Notes: generated from the sequence alone by a model not told the origin. Shown: positions 43,715 through 53,343, counted from the first letter of the stretch. The stretch: DNA of 64,000 bases from Acidobacteriota bacterium (GCA_963666215.2 CAXWPL010000002.1:576001-640000); one strand, 5' to 3'. Program-made: numbers and translations.

Positions 43715-43995
43715 GCGTCCGGTCCCCCGTCCCGCCGAATGTCGAGGCTGAGGTTGCCGAGCGACGGCCGCGTGCCGCAATCAAACAAGGCTGCCGGCTG
43801 TTTCTTGCTCCCACCCGAGATCGCTCGGACGATCTCGACATCGTCTTCGAGCATGATGCGATGGTCGCTGGTCACCAGGTTACCGTTGACCGCCACGATT
43901 ACGCCTTCCGGCACCACGCGAAGCTTTTTGAGGAGCTTGCGCACGGTCATCGGGCAGTGAAACGTGTAGGTCTTGCTTCCGTAGCGCACGTTCAT
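43711..43995 (-). CDS. ttuB: TtuB/ThiS/MoaD-like ubiquitin-fold sulfur carrier with C-terminal extension
   Basis: TVRKLLKKL...VAVNG...DDVEIVRAISGG followed by 32 more residues. ATGA overlaps with both neighbours. Confidence 0.78.
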   Translation of the reverse strand: MNVRYGSKTYTFHCPMTVRKLLKKLRVVPEGVIVAVNGNLVTSDHRIMLEDDVEIVRAISGGSKKQPAALFDCGTRPSLGNLSLDIRRDGGPDA

Positions 43996-45044
43996 GGATT
44001 TGTTGCAGGTGGATCTGTGGATGACTCCGACAAAGCGCCAGACTCCCCCGCCGTATCGGCATGATCAGCATGATCGGCACGATCGGCTGCTTCGGGCTCG
44101 CCCGAACCCGCCTCGCCGTCGATTCCAGCCGATTCGAGAGTGTCGTCGGACTCGGAGCCTGTTGCGGCATCGGTGTCGACTGTGACCTCCTCCGCGCCCT
44201 CTTCGGGCGGCGGCAGGGGGTACGCCTTCACAGCGCTCGTAAGCAGCTGAGTGTGCCCGATCATCCGATGCGCCGGACGTGTTCTGCCAGGGCGTGCCAG
44301 GATCTCGCGGATCAAGATCTCGACGGTCTCGACCATGGCAAAGCCCTGGCCGTGGAGCGCCGCTGCCAAGCGCTCGACTTGATTGTACGTGGGGACCCCG
44401 GCGGCAAATCGTCCGCTGCCTCGCAGGGCGTCGAAGATCACCGGCAACTCCACCCATGGCTCGGGAATATCGCAAAAGACGGCGTCTACTCGCGGCTCGA
44501 GCGGATCCTCTGGCTCGCGCGAACGAAACTCGATAACGTCGGCGACACCCGACGCAATACAGTTGCTGGCCGCCAAGTCGAGAAACTCGGGGCGTCGATC
44601 GTAGCTGTAGAGGCGACCACCCGGAGAGATGGCGCGAGCCAGCGCTTGGGACATGGCGCCAGATCCGCAGCCGATCTCGACCACGCGTGAGCCCGGACCG
44701 ATATCGAGCCCTGCGAGGAGCTGAGCGACATCTTTGGGATACATGATGTTGGTGCGTCGGTGGACCTTCATCATGCGATCGAGCCACGTGGGTCGCAGTG
44801 CCAAAACTTCCCGGCCGCTCAGCGTCCGCAATCGACTCCCCCAAGGGCGCCCGATGAGGTCGTTGTGATCGATGGCACCGCGGTGCGTCGAGTGGCGACG
44901 CCCTGGCGCCAGCCGAATCAGGAAGGTCTTGCCGTCTTCCAGGACCAAGAGCACCTGGTCGCCGGCCTCGAGAGGGCCTTCCTCGCGGGCCTCGGGAGCT
45001 GCTTCCGTGGCGTCGGTGGCTTCGCGAACCAGCTCACTACTCAT
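43992..45044 (-). CDS. trmI: tRNA (adenine58-N1)-methyltransferase
   Basis: THRG, RRTNIMYPKD, EIGCGSGAM, DIPEPW, PTYNQV, RPAHRMIGHT; acidic low-complexity tail. Confidence 0.9.
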   Translation of the reverse strand: MSSELVREATDATEAAPEAREEGPLEAGDQVLLVLEDGKTFLIRLAPGRRHSTHRGAIDHNDLIGRPWGSRLRTLSGREVLALRPTWLDRMMKVHRRTNIMYPKDVAQLLAGLDIGPGSRVVEIGCGSGAMSQALARAISPGGRLYSYDRRPEFLDLAASNCIASGVADVIEFRSREPEDPLEPRVDAVFCDIPEPWVELPVIFDALRGSGRFAAGVPTYNQVERLAAALHGQGFAMVETVEILIREILARPGRTRPAHRMIGHTQLLTSAVKAYPLPPPEEGAEEVTVDTDAATGSESDDTLESAGIDGEAGSGEPEAADRADHADHADTAGESGALSESSTDPPATNP

Positions 45045-45254
45045 ACGGGGTCGGCCAGGGCTAGAAGCGAGGAGAGCGGCCGGCGGAGTCGATAGGCCCT
45101 TGTGCGGTGTTACTCGGCGTTGATCGACTCGTGGCGGCAGCGGGGCGCCGGCGGCCCGGCGAGCGGGCCCCGCCGCGCGGGATACCAAGAGAGCCGAACT
45201 TTAGCACGGAAGATGCCACCGTCCGTGGCCTCGCCCGCGACCACGCGGTGTCGT

Positions 45255-46628
45255 TCAGAACGGGTGCACAGCGACCTCAGCGCCCGCCGGCAACTCCTCG
45301 ATGTCGGGCTCGATCTCGACCCAGCCGTGGGCCCGCGACAGGCTTGTGACGGCACTCGAGAAAGAGTATGTCGGCCTCGCATAGCTCCGGCCTCGGTCGA
45401 CGTCGATAGCCACCGGCAATAGCTGAGTCTTGCCGCGTGGAGAGCGCACGGGGTCGGTCAACGTCGCGACCGCCGTGGCTGTTCGAAAATGATCCCAGGC
45501 GGTGCCGCTGCCCCCGACCTTTCCGTCGATGCCGACATGGATTCCGCCGCCGAGTCGTGCGACCATCGGGCGTAACAGAGCATAGGCGAGCATCAGACAA
45601 GAGGCCGCGAATCCCGGCAGGCCGACGACCGGACGGTCCCCGACGCGTGCCAGCAGCAGGGGTTTTCCGGGCTTCGCTGCAACGCCGTGCAGCAGCACTT
45701 CGCCGATCCCTTCGATCACCGGCACAACCAGATCGCGGCGACCGACAGAAGTGCCGCCGGTCGTTACGACAAGATCAAACCCCGGTCGCCGAATCGCATC
45801 GGTGAGAGCTTCTGGAGTGTCGGATGCGATCTCGCCTTGCTCCACCTCCGCGCCGACGCCACGCAGCATTACGAGCAGGGCGGCCGCGTTGGAATCGTGC
45901 ACCTGGCCGTGAGCGAGCTCTTCACCGAGCGACACCACCTCGTCGCCTGTTGCAACGACGAGCACCCGCGGGCGGCAGCGCACCCGAATCTGGGCTCGGC
46001 CGGCAGCGGCAATCGCGCCCGTGAGCGCTGCGCCGACGATCTGGCCTGCCTGAGCTACGCGGTCGCCACGCGCCAGGTCCTCTCCAACCACGGAGACGTG
46101 CCGACCGGGATCGAGCGATCGCGCCACTGTCACGTAGGTTGTGGCGCCGCCGTCGGAGGTCGACGCCGATGTCCATTCCACCGGCACGACGGCATCGGCA
46201 CCCGAGGGCAACGGAGCTCCGGTGGCGATCTCGACGCAGGTCGACGCTTGTACTGCAACATGTCCTCCAGTTGCCCCTGTCGCGGCGGAGGCACCGGCCG
46301 CAACACGGCCGCGGCACTCGAGCACGACCACGGATTCTGCCGTTGCGCCCTGCACGTCGCCGGCGCGCACCGCGTATCCGTCCATAGCAGCACGGTCGAT
46401 CGCGGGCACGTCGTGTTGCGCGGTCACGTCCTCGACCAGCACTCGCTGCGCGCTGTCGACGAGCGGCAACACTTCGCTCCGGACAACCGGCTGTGCCAGT
46501 TGCGCCGCAAGCTCGAGCGCGTGCTTGAAGGTGGCGAGTCGTGCGGCCGAGAAAGGGCGCATCTGGGCTCGCTCGCCGCTGCCGTCCAACTCGTCGCCCC
46601 CGACATCCTGCGGGTGTCCGTCTTGCAT
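45255..46628 (-). CDS. moeA: Molybdopterin molybdotransferase
   Basis: RAAMDGYAV, IATGAPLPSGADAVVPVE, TGDE, DSN, GGTSVG, KPGKP, LPG. Confidence 0.92.
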   Translation of the reverse strand: MQDGHPQDVGGDELDGSGERAQMRPFSAARLATFKHALELAAQLAQPVVRSEVLPLVDSAQRVLVEDVTAQHDVPAIDRAAMDGYAVRAGDVQGATAESVVVLECRGRVAAGASAATGATGGHVAVQASTCVEIATGAPLPSGADAVVPVEWTSASTSDGGATTYVTVARSLDPGRHVSVVGEDLARGDRVAQAGQIVGAALTGAIAAAGRAQIRVRCRPRVLVVATGDEVVSLGEELAHGQVHDSNAAALLVMLRGVGAEVEQGEIASDTPEALTDAIRRPGFDLVVTTGGTSVGRRDLVVPVIEGIGEVLLHGVAAKPGKPLLLARVGDRPVVGLPGFAASCLMLAYALLRPMVARLGGGIHVGIDGKVGGSGTAWDHFRTATAVATLTDPVRSPRGKTQLLPVAIDVDRGRSYARPTYSFSSAVTSLSRAHGWVEIEPDIEELPAGAEVAVHPF

Positions 46629-46708
46629 GCGCCGCAGTCTAGCGTGCTGATCGCCAGCTGCTGTGTTCGCGCGTCTCGACTGTGGCCGCTGCTAGACTGC
46701 CGGCGATG
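46626..46708. promoter_or_regulatory. Back-to-back leaderless-type promoters for moeA and queG
   Basis: GCTAGACTGC(C)GGCG(C)ATG occurs on both strands. TAGACT at 46641-46636 (-) and 46693-46698 (+) each lies 7 nt before an ATG. Confidence 0.55.
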
Positions 46709-47851
46709 AACAGCCAGGACCTCACAGCGCAGATCGTAGGCGAAGCCCTCGCTGTTGGATTCGACACCTGTGGCGTCGCTGCCGTCGAGCAGATCGAAGC
46801 TGCACCTCGGCTACGGCAATGGCTTGCCGACGGGATGCACGGCAGCATGGCCTGGATCGAGCGTAGCGTCGACAAGCGCACCGATCCGTGCGAGGTGGTT
46901 CCCGGAGCACGATCGGTGCTGCTCGCCACGTCGAGCTATTTCGTCGAGGACGAGCCGAGTTCCGATCCGGCGCGGGCGTGCATCTCCAGATACGCCTGGG
47001 GCGAGGAGTACCATGAGGTCCTCGGCGGCCGCATGCAACGGCTCTACGAGCGCGTTCAGGAGCTCGTTCCGGCGGTCCAGGGCCGCTGGTATGTCGACAC
47101 CGGTCCGGTGCTCGAGAAAGCGTGGGCCGAACGCGCCGGCCTCGGCTGGATCGGCAAGCACACCAACCTGATCGACGAGCGTTGCGGGTCGTGGTTCTTT
47201 CTCGCAGCGCTGGTGTTGGACGTCGAGCTGCAACCGGGCGTCCCACCACCCGATCGTTGCGGCAGCTGCACGGCGTGTATCGACGTTTGCCCAACTGATG
47301 CCATCGTGGCTCCGTACGTCCTCGACGCGCGTCGTTGCATTTCCTACCTCACGATCGAGAACCGTGGCCCGATTCCGATGGAGTACCGCGACGCCATCGG
47401 CAACAGGGTGTTCGGCTGCGACGACTGCCAGGAGGTGTGCCCTTGGAATCGCTACGCCACGCTGTCGCACCATGCGCAGGAATTCGCGCCGCGCCCGGAG
47501 AATCATCAGCCCTGGCTTGCTGATCTGCTCGAGCTCAGCCAGGAGCAGTTCTCACGCCGCTTTCGACGCAGCCCCATCAAGAGAGCCAAGCGCGCCGGCC
47601 TGCTGCGCAACGTGGCCGTGGCGCTCGGTAACTCCGGAGATCGAGAACAGGTGCAGCCGCTGCTGCGAGCCCTGACTGACAGCGAGCCGCTTGTCCGCGG
47701 GCACGCGGCTTGGGCCCTCGGGAAGCTGGGAGGTGACGCGGCACGCAACGGGCTGCATGAAGCCGCCAACGTCGAGTCCGACGACTACGTTGCAGGTGAG
47801 CTCCGCGCCGCGTTACAGGCCTCAGGACGCGCCGCGAGTGGCCCATGCTAA
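46706..47851 (+). CDS. queG: Epoxyqueuosine reductase
   Basis: ISRYAWGEEYH, VDTGPVLEK, CGSCTACIDVCPT, CISYLTIE, GCDDCQEVCPWN, C-terminal HEAT repeat. Confidence 0.95.
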   Translation: MNSQDLTAQIVGEALAVGFDTCGVAAVEQIEAAPRLRQWLADGMHGSMAWIERSVDKRTDPCEVVPGARSVLLATSSYFVEDEPSSDPARACISRYAWGEEYHEVLGGRMQRLYERVQELVPAVQGRWYVDTGPVLEKAWAERAGLGWIGKHTNLIDERCGSWFFLAALVLDVELQPGVPPPDRCGSCTACIDVCPTDAIVAPYVLDARRCISYLTIENRGPIPMEYRDAIGNRVFGCDDCQEVCPWNRYATLSHHAQEFAPRPENHQPWLADLLELSQEQFSRRFRRSPIKRAKRAGLLRNVAVALGNSGDREQVQPLLRALTDSEPLVRGHAAWALGKLGGDAARNGLHEAANVESDDYVAGELRAALQASGRAASGPC

Positions 47852-47908
47852 GCTCCGCTCCATGGTCATGAGACGTCTCTACCGGATCGAAACGGAAGAA
47901 CGAATTCC

Positions 47909-48808
47909 ATGAAAGAGCATTCCCGCTACGCTCGGCGAGTTGCGCCCGCGCTTGCGCTTCTCGGCTCCATGGCCGTGGCACTGAGCTTGTCGCTACTGCC
48001 GCGCGTGGATGCGGCTCAGGGCCCGCCTCCCAACCTGGTTTACCCAGTGGATTTAGTCGCTGCCGAAGACGGTTGGGTCATCGCCGATTTCAAGGCCTTC
48101 GGACTCTTGAGGCTCTCCGCGGACGGCACCGTGACGTCGATACGTCAAGGAACGGGCATGCCCAAGACGCCCTTGTACGGCACCCGTTCGGTGATCGACG
48201 CGCCTGACGGCAATGGCTGGCTGGTGGCCGATCCAGGCACGTTCGGGTTGTACCGAGTGGACGCGGCCGGGGAGCTGTCGACGATCACCACCGAGCTCGA
48301 TATTCCGCAAGGGCTGGTGCGCTTCGACGACGCATCGGTGCTCGTTTCGGACCTGCGCAGCGGCATCGGTGCGGTCATGCGCGTGGGCCTCGATGGCCGC
48401 ACCAGCGTCTTCGCCGACGTCGACAGCCCCAAGGGCATCGTCGCCGACGGCGACGACGGTTTCGTGGTGGTCTCGCACGGAGCGCGCGCGTTGTTTCGGC
48501 TCTCACGCGACGGCCGCGTGAGCACGCTGGCGAGCGGTGAGCCTCTCGACTTTCCACACGATCTGGTTCGCGATCCCGACGGCAGCTTCGTCGTGACCGA
48601 CGGCTACGCCCAAGCGTTGCTGCGGGTGTCACCCAGCGGCGAAATCTCGGTGCTCGCGCAGGGCGATCCACTGGTCAATCCACAGGGCATCGTGCACGGT
48701 AGTGACGGCGGCTACGTGGTCGTCGATCCGCGCGCCGCGGCCGTGTTCCGCGTGTCGAGTGCCGGCGCTGTTACTCGCATCGCGAGTGTGGACGCCAGCG
48801 GCTCCTGA
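47909..48808 (+). CDS. Secreted beta-propeller protein (NHL/Vgb/SMP-30-like)
   Basis: Signal peptide and about six repeats of P.G(L/I)...DG...V.D.....(L/F)RV...G.(V/I)S. Confidence 0.7.
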   Translation: MKEHSRYARRVAPALALLGSMAVALSLSLLPRVDAAQGPPPNLVYPVDLVAAEDGWVIADFKAFGLLRLSADGTVTSIRQGTGMPKTPLYGTRSVIDAPDGNGWLVADPGTFGLYRVDAAGELSTITTELDIPQGLVRFDDASVLVSDLRSGIGAVMRVGLDGRTSVFADVDSPKGIVADGDDGFVVVSHGARALFRLSRDGRVSTLASGEPLDFPHDLVRDPDGSFVVTDGYAQALLRVSPSGEISVLAQGDPLVNPQGIVHGSDGGYVVVDPRAAAVFRVSSAGAVTRIASVDASGS

Positions 48809-48863
48809 GCACGGCTCGAGCGACTTCCCTCTCCACCGGCGGCCCAGCAGTCGCGCTCGGCCT

Positions 48864-49841
48864 TCAGTCTTGGAGCAAAACCGGACGTCCGGCCTGTTCC
48901 CATGCCGTGACCCAGAAGCTCGCCACCATCGTCGCGCCGAAGGCGAGACGCTCGGCCGCAACCTCGCTTGTGCGACCCCACATGGCACGCAGGTAGCCGG
49001 GGTTATCGGCCGCCAACCCACCCTCGGCGAGTGGCCATTCGGCCAGACTGCGCCGGTCGGCGAGTAGGATTTGATCGACCCACGGGTGACCGGAGATCAG
49101 CATGTCGAACGCGCCGTCAATCGGATTCGACACTCCAACGCCGAGGTCGGCGCGCAACTCGATCTGACGACGCAGTGGCAGCGCGTAGGCCTCAACGAGG
49201 TCGGACTCGAAACGCCTGTGAATGCCCCTTTGGCCGCTGAGCTGGCCGTCGTAGTTACCGGTGAGATGGAACGGCTGCGAGGCGTCTCCGACGTAGTGGC
49301 TCAGCACCGAGGCCAGGCACACGATCGCTTTAGAGTCGGGTTGTGGCGCCGCCATCGCCTGCGCCAGCTGGTCTGTATAGGCGGCAATCGTCCACGGCAG
49401 GGTGCCCCAGTCGGAGAGCTTCTCTCCGGCGCCAGCTCGGTACTCGGCGAAATCGCGCGAGATTCCGTTAAACGGATAGGGCGCAACGAGATCGGCGTCC
49501 AGATAGTGACGCGGATCCTCGCCGCCTTCCAATGCGGCAGCTCCGGTTGCGGGCTGACACAGACGCGCGTCGATGGGTCGCTCTTCGCGCGCCGCGGCGC
49601 GCCACAGGTCGGGGTCGAGGCTGTGAGCTCCGAGAAACTCCTGATGAGGCGCGAAGAACGAGCGCAGCTTTCTGGGCAACGCGTCAACCGCTCGTTCTGT
49701 CAGCAAAATGTGCCCGAGCCGGCCCCAGGCACCGGCGACCCCGGACGGCAGCACCAGAGCCGCAGCGACGATGACTGCGCCGAGTCTCCGTGCCGTTGTG
49801 ACCGCGAGCCGAGCTCGATCGCGTGGGCGGCGCTCAGTCAC
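48864..49841 (-). CDS. Secreted S1/P1 nuclease or Zn-dependent phospholipase C family protein
   Basis: Mature N-terminus WGRLGH, then PD, HYLD, HYVGDASQPFH and IHRRFE Zn ligands. Confidence 0.8.
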   Translation of the reverse strand: MTERRPRDRARLAVTTARRLGAVIVAAALVLPSGVAGAWGRLGHILLTERAVDALPRKLRSFFAPHQEFLGAHSLDPDLWRAAAREERPIDARLCQPATGAAALEGGEDPRHYLDADLVAPYPFNGISRDFAEYRAGAGEKLSDWGTLPWTIAAYTDQLAQAMAAPQPDSKAIVCLASVLSHYVGDASQPFHLTGNYDGQLSGQRGIHRRFESDLVEAYALPLRRQIELRADLGVGVSNPIDGAFDMLISGHPWVDQILLADRRSLAEWPLAEGGLAADNPGYLRAMWGRTSEVAAERLAFGATMVASFWVTAWEQAGRPVLLQD

Positions 49842-50454
49842 CTGAAGGCACCACCGGCGCTGTAGCCTTCACGGGCTCGACAGCCTCGGGCAGCGGGCCC
49901 CGGATGGCTGCGTGAATCTCGGCGCCTTTGAGCTCGATCTCGTCCTCGGTCAGGCCGTCGATCTCGTGCGGAAAGACGATCCAATCGTTGTCCTCGACCT
50001 GCCAGTAGTCGGGCACCAATTCGGTCTCGTTCCGCTCTGGCTTGTAGTACACGGTCGCGACACGCATCTCAGGAGTGTTGCGCCGCGCGCGTCGGCGGAA
50101 TTCGTCGAGAATCGCGACCATCGTGTGGCCGGTGTCGAAGACGTCGTCGACAAAGAGCACGCGGTCGGTCGCCTCGATCACATCGATGATGTGATCGTGC
50201 CCCTTGATCTCGACGCCGCTCTGGCCACGTTGCATCCCGGAGTAGGACTGCGTCTTGATCGTCGTGTGATACGGATTGAGGCCGCGCAGCCGCAGGTAGT
50301 CGTGAATCGCGATCGCCGGCGGTGTTCCGCCTCGCCATACGCCCACGAGGAAGTCCGGGCGATAGCCGTCCTCCCAGATCTTGCGCGCCAGTCGCATGGA
50401 GTCGAGCAGCAGCGTGCGCGCGTCGACGAAGGTCTTGCGGATCTCAGCGCTCAT
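49834..50454 (-). CDS. Type I phosphoribosyltransferase (purine PRT-like)
   Basis: GVWRGG, VLFVDDVFDTGHT PRPP loop, WIVFPHE. Confidence 0.88.
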   Translation of the reverse strand: MSAEIRKTFVDARTLLLDSMRLARKIWEDGYRPDFLVGVWRGGTPPAIAIHDYLRLRGLNPYHTTIKTQSYSGMQRGQSGVEIKGHDHIIDVIEATDRVLFVDDVFDTGHTMVAILDEFRRRARRNTPEMRVATVYYKPERNETELVPDYWQVEDNDWIVFPHEIDGLTEDEIELKGAEIHAAIRGPLPEAVEPVKATAPVVPSGD

Positions 50455-50523
50455 GCGTTTCAGGGTTGGCTCGTCGTGGATGAGACGGTGTCTTCGTGCG
50501 AACACCGATTGGGCGACGCTAGC

Positions 50524-51566
50524 TGTGAGTTCTAGGTAGGTTGTTCACGAACTCACCCCTGAGAGCCGAGCGATCGGCGGTGTCATGCCGATGCCGGCGT
50601 GGGGACGGTGACGATTGTAGTGGTTGAGCCAGGGCCGTAGAGCTCGAGTACGTCGAGCTGAGGTCTGGTAGCAGGTGCCGTAGGCCCACTGCTCCTTGAG
50701 TGTGCGGATGAAGCGTTCGGCTTTGCCGTTGGTTCTGGGGGTGTAGGGCCGGGTGTAAATGTGCCGGATCTCGAGTTGATGGCATAGGCGATTGAAGCGC
50801 TTCGAGACGTAGCCAGGCCCGTTGTCTGTCATCACTCGGCGCACCGCTACTCCCATCGAAGCGAAGTGCTCGACGGCTCGCTGCAGGAACGCTGTGCAGG
50901 TGTGTTGGTCTTCGGCGGGCAGCACTTCGACGTACGCCACCCGAGAGTGATCGTCGATAGCGACGTGGGCGTTCTCCCAGCCGACGCCGTAGGCCCGCTT
51001 GGAGCGGTCGCCGTGGATGCGGTGTCCAGGTCGCCGGATACGGGCCAGTTTCTTCGTATCCAGGTGCAGTAGGTCACCGGGGTGCTCGTACTCGTAGCGA
51101 ACGATCTCGGGCTTGGGCTCGAGCGCATCAAGCTTGGCGAGTCCGAGCCGCTTCAGCCACGCCGAGACGGTCGAGCGCGGCACAGCCAACCTTCGGCTGA
51201 TCTGCCAGGCCGTCAGTCGCCGCCGACGTAGCTTGTCGATCTGCCTCACAACTCCAGCGCTTGTTGCGTGCGGACAGCACGTCGGCCGGCTTGATCGATC
51301 GAGCAGCCCGGCCTCACCTTCTCGCTCGTATCTATCCAGCCACTTGTAAACCGTTCGAGCCGACACGCCGAGCGCCGCCGCCGTTTCCGTCACGGGCTCC
51401 GCCCGCTCCCGGACTCGGCGGACCATCTCTCGGCGTATATACGGCATCGTGCGGGCGTTACCATGCAGCTGCATCGGGCGCTCCTTCTGAGGTCGTGGAG
51501 TCTTTTGAACAACCCCATTGATCTCAGAAGTGAGCCCCGATGTGAACAACCTACTTAGAAAACACA
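50524..51566 (-). mobile_element. IS481-family insertion sequence (~1043 bp)
   Basis: Terminal inverted repeats TGTGnnTTCTArGTAGGTTGTTCAC at both ends, flanked by CTAG-centred hexamers gCTAGc (50518-50523) and cCTAGt (51567-51572). Confidence 0.92.
50545..51474 (-). CDS. IS481 family transposase
   Basis: MQLHGNAR, HTH, LHLDTKKL, IDDHSR, TDNG, TNGKAERF, YNRHRPH. Confidence 0.95.
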   Translation of the reverse strand: MQLHGNARTMPYIRREMVRRVRERAEPVTETAAALGVSARTVYKWLDRYEREGEAGLLDRSSRPTCCPHATSAGVVRQIDKLRRRRLTAWQISRRLAVPRSTVSAWLKRLGLAKLDALEPKPEIVRYEYEHPGDLLHLDTKKLARIRRPGHRIHGDRSKRAYGVGWENAHVAIDDHSRVAYVEVLPAEDQHTCTAFLQRAVEHFASMGVAVRRVMTDNGPGYVSKRFNRLCHQLEIRHIYTRPYTPRTNGKAERFIRTLKEQWAYGTCYQTSARRTRALRPWLNHYNRHRPHAGIGMTPPIARLSGVSS

Positions 51567-51597
51567 CCTAGTCGGGCTCGGCCGGCGCTGCAAACCG

Positions 51598-51613
51598 TGG
51601 CAAGGCGCTCGCG
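51598..51613 (+). promoter_or_regulatory. Possible sigma54 (-24/-12) promoter for glnA
   Basis: TGGCAAGGCGCTCGCG has GG-N10-GC spacing, but the -12 element is imperfect. Confidence 0.3.
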
Positions 51614-51778
51614 GATTCATGTTGACGAGGTTCGGTCGCGACCTTAAGCTGGCGTCCGTAGCTGGGCCATGAGCGGCGGCTGTTAGGGGGCTAACCGCGC
51701 CGCACGTCTTGGGTGAATTTTGGGGCGCAGCACGTCTGGCCGTGAGTAACACCGGGGGCGTGCTGCATCCGCACGGAG

Positions 51779-53212
51779 GTGGGCATGGGGCACGACTTCA
51801 TCCACACGGTTCGCGCGTTCTCTGCCGAGATGGTGCGCTATACGTCGGAGCATCTCGAAACGGCGCACGGCTTCCCACGTGGGCTGCAGCTGACCACAGC
51901 CTCCGAAGTGCTCGAGTTCATTCGCGAGCACGAGATCACGTCGGTGCGCTTGTGGTTCACCGACATTCTCGGATTCCTCAAAACCTTCCAGATCACGCCC
52001 ACCGAGCTCGAGGGCGCCTTCGAGGAGGGCATGGGGTTCGACGGATCGTCGGTCCACGGCTACCAGCGCATCCAAGAGAGCGACATGATCGCCGTGCCAA
52101 TCCCCGAGACGGCGCAGTTCATTCCCTTCTCGGTGGGCCCGTCGCGCTGCCTGCGAATGTACGCCGAGATCCGCAACCCGAACGGCACGGCCTACGCCGG
52201 TGACCCGCGCCAAATCCTCAAGCGCCAGCTCGCGCGCCTCGACGAACACGGCTTCAGCCACATGAACATCGGTCCCGAGGCCGAGTACTTCTACTTCCGC
52301 GACGAGCATCGCCCCGAGCCGATCGACAGCGCCGGCTACTTCGACCTCGTCCCCGTCGATGTCGGCGACGATCTTCGTGAAGCCACGGTCTATGCACTCG
52401 AGGCAATGGGCATCCAGGTCGAGTACACCCATCACGAGGTTGCCCCCAGCCAGCACGAGATCGACCTCAAGTACAAAGACGCGCTGACGATGGCCGACAA
52501 CCTGCAGACCTATAAGTGGTTGGTCAAGGAAATCGCGCGTCGCAACGGCGTACACGCCACGTTCATGCCGAAGCCGCTCGCCGGCGAGAACGGCAGCGGC
52601 ATGCACACGCACCTATCGATTTTCAACGGCGTCGGCAACGCGTTCTACGACGCCAACGATGAGCATCATCTCTCCACGGCCGCCAAGCACTTCCTGGCAG
52701 GCGTGCTGCACTACTCGCGTGACATCTGCTTGATCACCAACCAATGGTTCAACTCATACAAACGCCTGGTTCCCGGCTACGAAGCGCCGGTCTATATCGC
52801 CTGGGCAGAGCGCAATCGTTCCGCGCTCGTGCGCATTCCGCAGTACAAGCCGGGCAAGGAAGTGGCCACGCGTATCGAGCTGCGATTCCCCGACGCCGCC
52901 TGCAATCCGTACCTGGCATTCGCGGTGATGCTGGCAGCAGGCCTGGACGGGCTCGAAAAGAAGTTGGAGCTGCGTGAGCCACGCGTCGACGACCTGTACC
53001 ACCTGTCGCCGGTCGATCGCGCCGAGCAGGGGATCGAGTCGCTGCCGCACGATCTCTACGCGGCGGTGCAGTGCGCCAAGGATTCCGAGCTGCTGCGCGA
53101 GGCGCTCGGCGGCAACGTGCTCGACAAGATCGTCGCGACGAAGACCAACGAGTACGACGCCTACCGGCTGCACGTCTCGAACATGGAGCTCGCCGAGAGC
53201 CTCAAGCTCTAG
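51779..53212 (+). CDS. glnA: Glutamine synthetase type I (true start probably 30-40 codons downstream)
   Basis: WFTDILG, FDGSS, HHEVAPSQHEI, ATFMPKP, NGSGMHTH, NSYKRLVPGYEAP, NRSALVRIP, RIELRFPD, NPYLA. Confidence 0.95.
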   Translation: MGMGHDFIHTVRAFSAEMVRYTSEHLETAHGFPRGLQLTTASEVLEFIREHEITSVRLWFTDILGFLKTFQITPTELEGAFEEGMGFDGSSVHGYQRIQESDMIAVPIPETAQFIPFSVGPSRCLRMYAEIRNPNGTAYAGDPRQILKRQLARLDEHGFSHMNIGPEAEYFYFRDEHRPEPIDSAGYFDLVPVDVGDDLREATVYALEAMGIQVEYTHHEVAPSQHEIDLKYKDALTMADNLQTYKWLVKEIARRNGVHATFMPKPLAGENGSGMHTHLSIFNGVGNAFYDANDEHHLSTAAKHFLAGVLHYSRDICLITNQWFNSYKRLVPGYEAPVYIAWAERNRSALVRIPQYKPGKEVATRIELRFPDAACNPYLAFAVMLAAGLDGLEKKLELREPRVDDLYHLSPVDRAEQGIESLPHDLYAAVQCAKDSELLREALGGNVLDKIVATKTNEYDAYRLHVSNMELAESLKL

Positions 53213-53309
53213 GGCTCTGGCAATCGTCCGGCGCCCATCGGGCGCGTAGCGCTCGGCGCGCGGGTTTTGCCCTCACGACGAAACCCGGAGATCGATTGCG
53301 GCGTCATAA

Positions 53310-53328
53310 CTAGCAAAGTTAATGCTAG
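53310..53328. promoter_or_regulatory. Putative PadR operator CTAGCA-N7-TGCTAG
   Basis: Inverted repeat in an AT-rich patch 15 bp before the padR start. Confidence 0.45.
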
Positions 53329-53343
53329 CGCCGGAGATCCCTG

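Noticed and set aside
44050-44090. 9-bp tandem repeats (ADRADHADHAD) in the trmI tail; also 6-bp repeats at 24920-24950 and the Gly-rich tail at 2220-2297
   Set aside because: Short in-frame low-complexity coding repeats, not CRISPR or phase-variation tracts.
45201-45227. TTAGCAC resembling a CIRCE half-site upstream of trmI
   Set aside because: There is no second half (GAGTGCTAA) at 9-nt spacing; more likely a minus-strand -10 region.
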